From: Vicinamibacteria bacterium
GTDB taxonomy: Bacteria > Acidobacteriota > Vicinamibacteria > Marinacidobacterales > Marinacidobacteraceae
NCBI GenBank assembly: GCA_963422395.1
Contig: OY729431.1
Span: 2,240,001-2,304,000 of the forward strand
Direction: 5' to 3'
Length of the DNA: 64,000 bases
In this document: piece by piece, positions 18,873-27,847 of the stretch
How positions within the stretch are numbered: the stretch's first letter is position 1
How the letters are laid out: each line of letters opens with the position of its first letter
Made by a program: the position numbers and the translations under genes
Notes under the pieces: model-generated
What the model saw: the letters and a program-made list of their open reading frames with translations, nothing else
What the model was told of the DNA's origin: nothing
The model's database searches: none

Positions 18873-19409
18873 ATGGTCCCGATGAATCGCTCCTTGGAGG
18901 GTCGCTGGCGAGATCTCCGATTCGGCGTACGGAAGTCGTCCCGGTACCACGAACGCCGGAAGCGATTCTTCCTCAGGTGTAACCGTGGGGCATCGTTCGT
19001 CTCCGCGTTCTTCGGCACGGCGGCGGCAGTGTCCTTGCTGGCTGCTTGGGGGGATGCGCCGATCGTCATTTCGGCGGTGGTCGTGGCGGTGGCGGGGCTC
19101 CTGGATCTGGTCGTGGGCACCGCGCATCGGGCCTGGGAGCACGGGAACCTGTGCCGCGACTTCATCCTCCTGGAGCGCCGCATGGTCCTCGCGAAGATTT
19201 CGGAAGCAGAACTCGCAGAGTGCATCGCGGAGAGACTCGAGATCGAGGCGAAAGAACCGCCGACACTCCGGGTCCTCTCGGTCCTGGCGCACAACGATGT
19301 GATGCGCGCGGATGGGTACCCGCCGGAGGAGTGGGCGCGGGTGACCTCTTTACAGCGGCGCTTGGCGCCGCTGATGGACTTTCGAGCGGATCGCCTGGAG
19401 GCGGGCTGA
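18873..19409 (+). CDS. Two-TM hypothetical protein, SLATT-like
   Basis: Basic N-terminal helix (RYHERRKRFF), two adjacent hydrophobic segments, helical C-terminus. Family assignment is from topology only. Confidence 0.6.
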   Translation: MVPMNRSLEGRWRDLRFGVRKSSRYHERRKRFFLRCNRGASFVSAFFGTAAAVSLLAAWGDAPIVISAVVVAVAGLLDLVVGTAHRAWEHGNLCRDFILLERRMVLAKISEAELAECIAERLEIEAKEPPTLRVLSVLAHNDVMRADGYPPEEWARVTSLQRRLAPLMDFRADRLEAG

Positions 19410-19460
19410 TTCCTCCCCGGGCGAGCCGAGCGCAGCGGCGCCGGTCATGCCGGCGCCGGT

Positions 19461-20003
19461 TCAGCTGCGGGCCGAGGTGATGAGCGAGGCGAGTTCGCGG
19501 ACGGTGCGGACGAGATCGTCGTTGACGATCCGGTGGTCGTAGCTGGCGGCGCGGGAGATCTCGGCGCGGGCGGTGCGGAGGCGTTTTTCGATCTGGTCCC
19601 GAGCTTCGCGGCCGCGGCCGGCGATACGAGTCGCGAGCTCCGCGAAGCGAGGAGGTTCGATGAAGATCGAAACCGCGTCGGGGATCTCTTTTCGAAGCGC
19701 TGCCGCACCCTGGATATCCACTTCGATCAACAGATCGCCCGAGCTGCCGGGGCGGACCGCCGCGCGGCTCGTTCCGTAGCGGTGTCCATGGACGAAGGCC
19801 CACTCGACGAAGGCGCCCTCGCCGGCGAGCCGGGCGAACTCGGCGTCCGGGACGAAGTGGTAGTCGCGGCCGTCCACCTCGCCCGCGCGCGGTGGGCGGG
19901 TGGTGTGGGAGACGGCGAAGGAGAGGTTCGGGACCTCGTCGATCAACCGGCGGAGGACGGTGGACTTTCCGACCCCGGAAGGGCCCGAGATCACGAAGAG
20001 CAC
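19461..20003 (-). CDS. gmk: Guanylate kinase
   Basis: VISGPSGVGKST, SHTTRPPRAGEVDGRDYHF, EWAFVHGHRYGT, EVDIQGA; GTG start with GGGGAG upstream. Confidence 0.95.
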   Translation of the reverse strand: MLFVISGPSGVGKSTVLRRLIDEVPNLSFAVSHTTRPPRAGEVDGRDYHFVPDAEFARLAGEGAFVEWAFVHGHRYGTSRAAVRPGSSGDLLIEVDIQGAAALRKEIPDAVSIFIEPPRFAELATRIAGRGREARDQIEKRLRTARAEISRAASYDHRIVNDDLVRTVRELASLITSARS

Positions 20004-20170
20004 GCGAAGACGGTCTCCCCGGCAAACTCCCGGACGGCCTCCCCGACGGCATCTCGGAGACGGCCCACCGCCTCGGGAATGCGGTCCTCCGCGAGGTAAC
20101 TGAAAGAGACCCGGAGGGTGCGGCGGGCCAACCTCGCCGCGGCCCCGGAAAAACGAGACTCCCGGTTCAT
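19991..20170 (-). pseudogene. 59-aa fragment resembling the C-terminus of a class I PLP aminotransferase
   Basis: LRVSFSYLAEDRIPEAVGRLRDAV; ATG overlaps the ileS stop (ATGA). Confidence 0.45.
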
Positions 20171-23100
20171 GGACGGGCGTTCGGCAGTTCCGCCGGGACC
20201 ACCTCCAGGAACAGGGTGGCGCGCTCTCCCTCGATCTCGATCTCGCAGCGGTTTCCTCGGGGAAGGGGACCGGGAAGGATCGCCACTGCGAGCGCCTCCC
20301 GGCAGAAGTGCGCTTCGCGCTCGCGCACGATCGCGAGCAGCGAATCTTCGCCGCTCTCCCCAGCGAGCCCGATCCGGATGCGCGCCTCGTACGGAAGGTC
20401 GAGGTCCTTGCGGAAACCCTGCACCCGGTGGAGCAGCTCGCGGTAGCGGCCCGCGCGGCGGAGCTCGGGAGTGACGCGGGTGTCCAGCGCCAGGGTCGCG
20501 AGCGGGGAGCCGGCGATCGCGCGGCCGGAGCCGGGGCGGCTCTCGATCCGGAGTTCGCCGGCGGCGATTCGCAGCGGCGAAGCATCGGCGCCGGGAAGAT
20601 CGAGGAGCAGCTCGCCGTCGGCATCGAGACGGGCTTTCAGCTCGCGGCCCGGGAGGGCTGCGATCGCCCTCCGCACTTCCTCCATCCGGCGTCCGAGGCG
20701 GGGGCCGAGGCGTCGGAAATCGGGCTTGACCACGAATTCGAGATCGGCCTCGGGGTCTTCCCGAAACCGGATGCCGCGGACATTCAGCTCGTCGGCGAGA
20801 AGATCGCGGTGGCGGTCGAGCCGGGTCCGGAGCGCTTCGTCGGCCACCGCGACGCTCGCTCCGGCGAGGGGCTGGCGGACGCGGATCTCGTGCTCCTGCC
20901 GCACCCGGAGGCCGAGCGAAGCGATCTCCCGCACCGCCGCCATCTCCTCGTTGAGCCCGGCATCGAGGGGAAACCGCGGCGCCGGCCAATCGGCGAGGTG
21001 GACGCTCTCCGGAGCTTCCTCGGGGAAGGGGCCGGCGGCCAGGTTGCGATGGATTTCCTCGGCCAGGAAAGGAGTGAAGGGAGCCATCAGCCGGGAGAGG
21101 CGCACCAAGGTGTCGTAGAGAGTGCGGTGGGCGTCGAGCTTCTCCGCACTCCGGCCCGCTTCCCAAAAGCGGCTGCGGCTGCGGCGGAGCCACCAGTTGG
21201 AGAGCGATTCGGCGAAGGCGGCGAGCTGGCGGGAAGCGTCGAAGGCGCGGAACGCCTCGAGATGATCCCCTACCGCGGCGGAGGTCTCTTCGAGGTGGGA
21301 GAGGATCCAGCGGTCGAGCGCGGATCGCGCGGCGACGGGGCGCCCGTGGTCCGTGCGGGGGTCGAATCCGTCGATCCGCGCGTAGATGGTGAAGAAGGAA
21401 TAGACATTCCGGATCTTCAGGGGGAACTCGCGGGCGGCGGCGCGGACCGCGTCGAGCGAGTGGCGCTTGTTCGCCCACGGTGCGGAGGAAGCCGCGAAGA
21501 ACCAGCGGAAACCGTCGGCTCCAACTGCGGCGAGGGTCTTTTCGGGGGGGGTGTAGTTGCCGCGCGACTTGGACTCCTTGCGGCCCTCGGGGTCCCTGAC
21601 ATGACCGAGGACGAGGCAGGAGCGGTACGGGTGGGGACGCGCCGGCGGGGAGATCCCGAGGCGCGCACAGGTGTCTTCGTCGAAGAGGAGCGTCGAGATC
21701 ATCAGGAGCGAATAGAACCAGCCGCGGGTCTGGTCGATCGCCTCGGTGATGTAGTCGGCGGGGAAGGAGGCGAGGAACCGCTCGCGATTCCGATGGGGGA
21801 AGCCCCACTGGGCGAACGGCATGGCGCCGGAGTCGAACCAGCAGTCGATGACTTCGGGGACCCGCCGGTACACCCCCGGCTCCCCGGGCCGGGTCCAGCG
21901 GACCTCGTCCACCCACGGTTTGTGGACCATGAGGTCCGGAGCGAGGTCGGGCCGGCGCCCGCGGGCCCGGTGGAAGGCGGCGAAGGCTTCCGGGTTCTTC
22001 GCTTCGATCTCCGCGACGGAAGCGGGGGCCTCGATGCGGCCGGTCTCGTCGTTGATCCAGAGGTTCAGCGGAGTGCCCCAGAAGCGCTCGCGGGAAAGCG
22101 CCCAATCCACATTGTTGCGGAGGAAGTCGCCGAATCGGCCTTCGCGGATGTGGTCGGGCATCCACTGGACCCGGTCGCTGTTGGCGAGCGCCGCGTCCTT
22201 GCGGGCGGTAGTGCGGAGGAACCAGGCCGGGCGCGCGTACTGGATCAGCGGATCCCGGTCGGCGCGCCAGCAGAAGGGGTACTCGTGACGGATGGTTCCC
22301 GCGTGGAGCAAGCGGCCGGCGTCCCGGAGGCGGCGGACGATCTCCCGATCGGCCTCCTTGACCCAGCGGCCCTCGAGCCACGGGATGTCCTTCGTGAAGC
22401 GGCCGTCGGGCCCCACTGCGCAGAGGAGCGGGATGTCCTCGGGGTTTTCGTAGGCAGAGACGGTCTTCCGATGGAGATCGTGGTCCACTTCGCCGAACGC
22501 GGGAGCTTCGTGGACGAGGCCGGTGCCCTGGTCGAGCTCCACGAAGTCGGCGGCGAGGACGCGCCAGAACGCCGGAACCGAGCCGCCGCCGCGGAGTCGG
22601 CCCTCGAGGGCGTGGTGTTTCTTCCAGAAGTCGTCGAAGGGCGGGCGATAGCGGCGGCCGACGAGAGCCTCCCCCCGGAAGGCGCGGCGCACCGGAAGCT
22701 CCCGGCCCAACCGGGAGGCGAGCGCACCGCGGAGCGCACGGGCCACCACCAGCCGGCGGGGCGCCCCGTCGGGAGAGGTGTCTTCGACCTCCTCGTAGTC
22801 GCAGTCCGGGCGGACCGCCGCATAGAGATTCGAGGGGAGAGTCCAGGGAGTCGTCGTCCAGACGACGAGCGAGAGGCCGGGGTCGTCCTCGAGCGGGAGC
22901 GTCACATGGACGGAAGGGTCTTCGACCTCGCGGTAGCCGAGACCGACCTCCGCCGAGGAGAGCGCGGTGCCGCCGGCAGCCCACCACCAGACCACCTTCT
23001 CGCCGCGGTAGAGGAGGCCCTTCCGGTGCATCTCGGAGAGCGCCCACCAAACGCTCTCGATGTAGGTGCGGCGATAGGTCACATAGGCGGCGTCGAGGTC

Positions 23101-23532
23101 CACCCAGTGGCCGATCCGGGCCGTCATCTCCTCCCAGTCGCGGATGTAGCGGAAGACGCTCGCCATGCACTTCTCGACGAAGCGGCCGACGCCGAACTCC
23201 TCGATCCCGGCGCGGCCGTGGATGCCGAGCTCCTTCTCGACCTCCACTTCGACGGGCAGGCCGTGGGTGTCCCAGCCGGCGATCCGCTCGACGCGGCGGC
23301 CCTTCATCGAGTGGTAGCGCGGGAAGATGTCCTTGAACACCCGGGTGAGCACATGGCCGTTGTGAGGGCGGCCGTTCGCGGTCGGCGGACCGTCGTGCCA
23401 CACCCAGGGGGCTCCCGCGGCCCGCCTTTCGACGCTTTTCGGGAAGACCGAGCGATCCTCCCAGAACCGGCGGATCTCCGCTTCGACGGCGGGGATCTCC
23501 GCGGCGGGGCGGGCCGGCCGAAAGAGGGACAC
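20167..23532 (-). CDS. ileS: Isoleucyl-tRNA synthetase, type 2
   Basis: DGPPTANGRPHNGH, GWDTHGLPVE, WTTTPWTLPSN, GTGLVH, DWALSRERFWGTP, DCWFDSGAMP, DQTRGWFY, KESKS; no C-terminal zinc-finger Cys cluster. GTG 23532 is a best guess for start. Confidence 0.97.
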   Translation of the reverse strand: MSLFRPARPAAEIPAVEAEIRRFWEDRSVFPKSVERRAAGAPWVWHDGPPTANGRPHNGHVLTRVFKDIFPRYHSMKGRRVERIAGWDTHGLPVEVEVEKELGIHGRAGIEEFGVGRFVEKCMASVFRYIRDWEEMTARIGHWVDLDAAYVTYRRTYIESVWWALSEMHRKGLLYRGEKVVWWWAAGGTALSSAEVGLGYREVEDPSVHVTLPLEDDPGLSLVVWTTTPWTLPSNLYAAVRPDCDYEEVEDTSPDGAPRRLVVARALRGALASRLGRELPVRRAFRGEALVGRRYRPPFDDFWKKHHALEGRLRGGGSVPAFWRVLAADFVELDQGTGLVHEAPAFGEVDHDLHRKTVSAYENPEDIPLLCAVGPDGRFTKDIPWLEGRWVKEADREIVRRLRDAGRLLHAGTIRHEYPFCWRADRDPLIQYARPAWFLRTTARKDAALANSDRVQWMPDHIREGRFGDFLRNNVDWALSRERFWGTPLNLWINDETGRIEAPASVAEIEAKNPEAFAAFHRARGRRPDLAPDLMVHKPWVDEVRWTRPGEPGVYRRVPEVIDCWFDSGAMPFAQWGFPHRNRERFLASFPADYITEAIDQTRGWFYSLLMISTLLFDEDTCARLGISPPARPHPYRSCLVLGHVRDPEGRKESKSRGNYTPPEKTLAAVGADGFRWFFAASSAPWANKRHSLDAVRAAAREFPLKIRNVYSFFTIYARIDGFDPRTDHGRPVAARSALDRWILSHLEETSAAVGDHLEAFRAFDASRQLAAFAESLSNWWLRRSRSRFWEAGRSAEKLDAHRTLYDTLVRLSRLMAPFTPFLAEEIHRNLAAGPFPEEAPESVHLADWPAPRFPLDAGLNEEMAAVREIASLGLRVRQEHEIRVRQPLAGASVAVADEALRTRLDRHRDLLADELNVRGIRFREDPEADLEFVVKPDFRRLGPRLGRRMEEVRRAIAALPGRELKARLDADGELLLDLPGADASPLRIAAGELRIESRPGSGRAIAGSPLATLALDTRVTPELRRAGRYRELLHRVQGFRKDLDLPYEARIRIGLAGESGEDSLLAIVREREAHFCREALAVAILPGPLPRGNRCEIEIEGERATLFLEVVPAELPNARP

Positions 23533-23583
23533 GACGCTCAGCAGCCTGTCGCGGAACCGGACCTGCAGCGAAGAGGGCAGAGG

Positions 23584-23659
23584 TGGCGTCCCCAACGGGA
23601 CTCGAACCCGTGTTTTCGCCGTGAAAGGGCGACGTCCTGGGCCACTAGACGATGGGGAC
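23584..23659 (-). tRNA. tRNA-Glu(TTC)
   Basis: GTCCCCATCGTCTAGTGG...loop CT-TTC-AC...GGTTCGAGTCC...CCA. Confidence 0.96.
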
Positions 23660-23668
23660 CCGAAGAGG

Positions 23669-23741
23669 TAGGCCGTGCAGGCATCGAACCTGCGACATCT
23701 CGCTTAAAAGGCGAGCGCTCTGCCAACTGAGCTAACGGCCC
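23669..23741 (-). tRNA. tRNA-Lys(TTT)
   Basis: GGGCCGTTAGCTCAGTTGG...loop CT-TTT-AA...GGTTCGATGCC. Confidence 0.95.
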
Positions 23742-23818
23742 GGCGAGGCGGCGGAGAATCGTAGCAGGAGAGCGGACGGAAGCGGTTGCGCATCACCTCG
23801 GGCGGCTCGACCGACCGA

Positions 23819-25117
23819 TTACCCGGAGGGGAGGACCGTAGCGCGGCGGGGGAGCCAGGCGGTGCGCTCCGGCCCGGTGGAGACGAGGCTGATGGGGACG
23901 CCGCAGAGTTCCTCGAGGGTGTCCAGGTAGTTGCGGGCCTCCTTCGGAAGCGCCTCGAGTCGGGTCATGCCCTCGGTGCAGCCGCTCCAGCCGGGGAGGA
24001 TGCGGTATTCGGGTTCGCACCGGGCGAGATCTCCGAGATCGCCCGGAAACTTCTCCACCGGCTCGCCGTCCAGGCGGTAGCGAACCCCGACCTTCAGCTC
24101 GGGAAGCCCGTCGAGGACATCCAGCTTGGTGATCGCGAGCTCGTCGAGCCCGTTGACCCGGCGGGCGTAGCGCAGCACCACGCTGTCGAACCAGCCGCAG
24201 CGGCGGGGCCGGCCCGTCGAGGCCCCGAACTCGCGGCCCTTCCGCTGGATCGCCCCGCCGGTCTCCCGGAGCATCTCGGTCGGGAGCGGCCCCTCCCCCA
24301 CCCGGGTCTGGTACGCCTTCGCCACGCCGAGCACCCGACCGACGGCGCGGGGACCGACGCCGGCACCCACCGCGGCGCCCGCGGCCACCGCGGTGGAGGA
24401 AGTGACGAAAGGATAGGTGCCGTGATCCACATCGAGAAGGGTGGCTTGAGCGCCTTCGAAGAGCACCGGCCGGCCGGCTTCGAGGGCCTCGTGGACCACC
24501 AGGGAAGTGTCGGCGATCAGCGGGCGGATCCGCACGGCGAAGCGGTCGAGCAGCTCGCGGGAAGCGGCGATCTCGGCGGCGATCCGCTCCGGGTCCCAGC
24601 CGAGCGCTTCGGCATGCCCGCGGACCAGGTGGTCGAGCCGTTCGTCGCGGTAGCGCGGATGGCGGAGGTCGCCGAGGCGGAGACCGCGGCGGGCGGCCTT
24701 GTCCGCGTAGGCGGGGCCGATCCCGCGGCGGGTGGTCCCGATCCGGCGCTTTCCGAGGCGGGTCTCCTCGCGCGCTTCGACCTCGCGGTGGATGGGGAGG
24801 ATGAGCTGGGCCCGGTCGGAGAGGAGCAGGTTGCCGGCAGGGTCGTACCCCGCTTCCTCGAGCACCTGCAGCTCCTCGAAGAGAGCGAGCGGGTCCACCA
24901 CGCAGCCGTTGCCGATGATCGAACGGACGCCCGGATGGAGGACCGCGGAGGGGAGGATGTGGAGGACGACGGTGCGGCCGTCCACCACCACGGTATGTCC
25001 GGCGTTGTGCCCGCCGCCGAAACGCACCACGGTGTCGAAGCGGGGGGCGAGAAGGTCCACGAACTTCCCCTTCCCCTCGTCGCCCCACTGGGTGCCGACG
25101 ACCGCAAGACCGGACAT
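23819..25117 (-). CDS. purA: Adenylosuccinate synthetase
   Basis: GTQWGDEGKGK, GGHNAGHT, IGTTRRGIGPAY, FEGAQ, GTYPFVTSS, TGRPRRCGW. Confidence 0.98.
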   Translation of the reverse strand: MSGLAVVGTQWGDEGKGKFVDLLAPRFDTVVRFGGGHNAGHTVVVDGRTVVLHILPSAVLHPGVRSIIGNGCVVDPLALFEELQVLEEAGYDPAGNLLLSDRAQLILPIHREVEAREETRLGKRRIGTTRRGIGPAYADKAARRGLRLGDLRHPRYRDERLDHLVRGHAEALGWDPERIAAEIAASRELLDRFAVRIRPLIADTSLVVHEALEAGRPVLFEGAQATLLDVDHGTYPFVTSSTAVAAGAAVGAGVGPRAVGRVLGVAKAYQTRVGEGPLPTEMLRETGGAIQRKGREFGASTGRPRRCGWFDSVVLRYARRVNGLDELAITKLDVLDGLPELKVGVRYRLDGEPVEKFPGDLGDLARCEPEYRILPGWSGCTEGMTRLEALPKEARNYLDTLEELCGVPISLVSTGPERTAWLPRRATVLPSG

Positions 25118-25169
25118 CGGGGCCGGGCGGCGGCGATCGGACGCGGCGGAGCGGGGAGGTGCCGGCGCG

Positions 25170-25763
25170 CTATTCGAGGCCGAGGAGATCCCGGACTTCC
25201 CTTTCGAGCCGCGCGGGGGTGCGGGCCGGATTGAATCCGATGTGGCGCGTACGGACGATGCCGTCGCGGTCGGCGATATAGGTGGTCGGCATCGCGAAGA
25301 TGCGGAACGCTTCGTCCGCTTCGACGGTGGAGAGCAGGTTTCGGTAGCGAACGCCCCGGTCTTCCACCCAGGCGCGCACCTCGTCGGGGGACGGCATCCC
25401 GTCGTCCACATGGAGGCCGAGGACCACCAGGCCCGCATCCCCGTAGCGGTCTTCCAGCTCCTGGAAGAACGGCAAGGACTCCTGGCAGGGGCCGCACCAG
25501 ACCGCCCAGAAATCGTAGATCACGATCTTGCCCGGAAAACCGCGGAGCGAGATCAGGTTGCCTTCCAGGTCGGGAAGTTCCACATCGGGGGGAGGCTCGT
25601 CGATGACTCCACGCCGCTGGGCGAGCGCCCCGGCGGGTTCGGTTCCGCAAGCGGCAGCGGCGACGGGGACAGGCGTGATCAGCAGGACCGCGAGAAGGCC
25701 GGCGCCGACGGTCACCGCCGTTGCCAGCCGGGCGGGACGCAGGCGCCGGAGGACACGGATCAC
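25170..25763 (-). CDS. TlpA/ResA-like membrane-anchored thiol:disulfide oxidoreductase
   Basis: N-terminal hydrophobic segment; DFWAVWCGPC; MPTT..DRDG. Confidence 0.9.
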   Translation of the reverse strand: MIRVLRRLRPARLATAVTVGAGLLAVLLITPVPVAAAACGTEPAGALAQRRGVIDEPPPDVELPDLEGNLISLRGFPGKIVIYDFWAVWCGPCQESLPFFQELEDRYGDAGLVVLGLHVDDGMPSPDEVRAWVEDRGVRYRNLLSTVEADEAFRIFAMPTTYIADRDGIVRTRHIGFNPARTPARLEREVRDLLGLE

Positions 25764-25782
25764 GCTTGTTCTTCCGGACTGC

Positions 25783-26766
25783 TCACTGCGCCGGCACGAG
25801 GGTCAGCGCCGGAGATTCCTGCCCGGCGAGCCAGCGTTCGCAGGCGATGGCGGCCATGCAGCCGGTGCCGGCGGCGGTCACCGCCTGCCGGTAGATAGCG
25901 TCCATGACATCGCCGCAGGCGAAAACCCCCTCTACCGAGGTATTCGTGGTGCCGGGTTCGACGATCACATAACCGCGCGGATCGAGGGCGAGGGCGCCAG
26001 CGAAGATGTCGGTGTTCGGCGTATGGCCGATGGCGATGAAGAGGGCGCCGATCGGAAGGCGGGACGCGGCGCCGGTGCGGCGGTTCAGCAGGCGAAGCCC
26101 GGTCACTCCGTCTTCGTCCCCGAACACCTCCTCGACCACGGTGTTCCAGACGAAGCGAATCTTCGAGTTCTCCCGCGCCCGCTGGGCCATGATCTTCGAG
26201 GCGCGGAGCTCCTCCCGTCGATGGATCACATGGACCGTGGAGGCGAAACGGGTCAGGAACAGGGCCTCTTCCATCGCGGTGTCGCCGCCGCCGACGACAG
26301 CCATTTCCCTGCCCCGGTAGAGGGCGCCGTCGCAGGTGGCGCAAGCCGAGACGCCGCGATTCAGGAACTCCTGCTCGGAAGGAAGGCCGAGCCAGCGGGC
26401 GCGGGCACCGGTGGCCACGATGACCGAATCGGCCTCGAAGGTCCGGTCCTCCGAGACGACCGAAAACGGCCGCGCCGAGAAGTCCACGGCGGTCGCGTCG
26501 AGGTGGTGTACCTCGGTTCCGAAGCGTTCTGCCTGGCGGCGGAAGAGGTCCATCATTTCGTGGCCGGTGACGCCTTCGGGGAATCCGGGGTAGTTCTCGA
26601 CTTCGGTGGTGAGCATGAGCTGACCGCCGGGAATGCCGACCGCCGGGTCCATTCCGGCACCTGCCAGCAGGAGCGGTTCGAGCTCGGCGCGCGCCGTGTA
26701 GAGCGCAGCGGTGTAACCGGCGGGGCCGCTGCCGATGACGACGACGCGACGGGAGCGGGGCGACAC
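25783..26766 (-). CDS. trxB: Thioredoxin reductase
   Basis: IGSGPAGYTAA, GGQL..TTEVENYPGF, CATCDG, VGGGDTA, FACGDV. Confidence 0.97.
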   Translation of the reverse strand: MSPRSRRVVVIGSGPAGYTAALYTARAELEPLLLAGAGMDPAVGIPGGQLMLTTEVENYPGFPEGVTGHEMMDLFRRQAERFGTEVHHLDATAVDFSARPFSVVSEDRTFEADSVIVATGARARWLGLPSEQEFLNRGVSACATCDGALYRGREMAVVGGGDTAMEEALFLTRFASTVHVIHRREELRASKIMAQRARENSKIRFVWNTVVEEVFGDEDGVTGLRLLNRRTGAASRLPIGALFIAIGHTPNTDIFAGALALDPRGYVIVEPGTTNTSVEGVFACGDVMDAIYRQAVTAAGTGCMAAIACERWLAGQESPALTLVPAQ

Positions 26767-26793
26767 TTCGGCAGCGTACCACGCTCGGGCTGA

Positions 26794-27120
26794 GCGTTTC
26801 GGGAACGGGGCGGGATGTGGTGCAGCGTCTCGCGCCCTCGTGGAATGTACGGGACGCCCCGTTCCCGAAACGCCCGGCGCTCCGCGCCGGGAATCCGAAC
26901 TCCTGCCGCACGCAGCGAGTTCGGATTCGTGTCACCATCTTGTGAAAGGGGACACCCCTTTCACACATTCCCCGGCTGTGCCGCGCCCGAAGCACCGCTT
27001 CGGGCGCAACATGTGTTTCCTCGGCCACGGGCGAGCATCGCAGCTCTCGGGCGATACGGGATGCCGGGTTGTGTCTGGCGCCCTCGTGGGACGAACAGGA
27101 CGCCCGTTCCCGAATCGCCC
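26794..27120. repeat. Modular intergenic repeat, copy 2 (modules A-B-C-A)
   Basis: 19-bp perfect inverted repeat 26794-26812/26855-26873; GAATCCGAACTC hairpin; the 25-nt hairpin at 26941-26965 is identical to 13987-14011. Confidence 0.85.
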
Positions 27121-27139
27121 GCACCGGCGGATACGGAAT

Positions 27140-27367
27140 CTATGCGGGGCGCTTCCCTTCCGGCTCAGACTGCCGGCGGGCAGAGATGAAAGGAAAAGCC
27201 CCTTCGAGGCGGGCTACCCGCTCCCCCAGAACATGGAGGTCTGCCCGGATCGCAGCCAGTTCCGACCGGATAGAGCGTTGCCCCCCTACGATGAGAGCGG
27301 CGAGGGATGCCCCGACTCCGAGAACGGCGATTCCGACCCCGAGAACGGCGATGAGTTCCGGATTCAT
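27140..27367 (-). CDS. Small single-TM coiled-coil hypothetical protein
   Basis: MNPELIAVLGVGIAVLGVGASLAALIV..IRSELAAIRADL..ERVARLEG; same architecture as 847-1338. Confidence 0.7.
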   Translation of the reverse strand: MNPELIAVLGVGIAVLGVGASLAALIVGGQRSIRSELAAIRADLHVLGERVARLEGAFPFISARRQSEPEGKRPA

Positions 27368-27476
27368 GTTGCGGACTCTAGCAGCCTGTGGACGAGGTCA
27401 CACGGCCGGCGGCCGGCGATGTCCAGTTCTCCCGTGGGGGCCACGGCGGAAGCACCCACCGGAGATATCCGACCTG

Positions 27477-27747
27477 CCGCAGACAGCGAGTCGGACTCTT
27501 GTGTCACCTCTTTCGTGAACGGGGACAACACTTTCCCACTTCCCCCCGCTGCGCCGCAGCCCAAACACGACTTCGAGCGCAAAACATGTTTGCTCGGCCA
27601 CGGACGAGACCCGCAGACAGCGAGTCGGACTCTGTGTCACCTCTTTCGTGAACGGGGACAACACTTTCCCACTTCCCCCCGCTGCGCCGCGACCCAAACA
27701 CGACTTCGAGCGCAACACATGTTTGCTCGATCACGGACGAGGCCCGC
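27477..27747. repeat. Tandem duplication of a 134-bp unit (degenerate module C)
   Basis: ccgcagacagcgagtcggactc...cacggacgag at 27477-27610 and 27611-about 27743. Confidence 0.92.
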
Positions 27748-27847
27748 GGCTCATCTGCTGGAGGGACCATTCGGGGTTCTCGAAGTCGAGTTCGCCGAAG
27801 AGAGCGGCGTTCCGGGACATCGGTGACGAGGGCAGAATCCCGGCCTC

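Noticed and set aside
20308-23730. Very long ORFs antisense or off-frame to real genes (for example 20308-23730 +, 13934-16624 +, 38462-41392 -, 8237-10603 +, 34-1383 +)
   Set aside because: Shadow ORFs expected at high GC; they lack motifs, while the overlapping frame carries clear family signatures.
27477-27747. Possible CRISPR array
   Set aside because: Two contiguous 134-bp units with no unique spacers, and no cas genes in the window.
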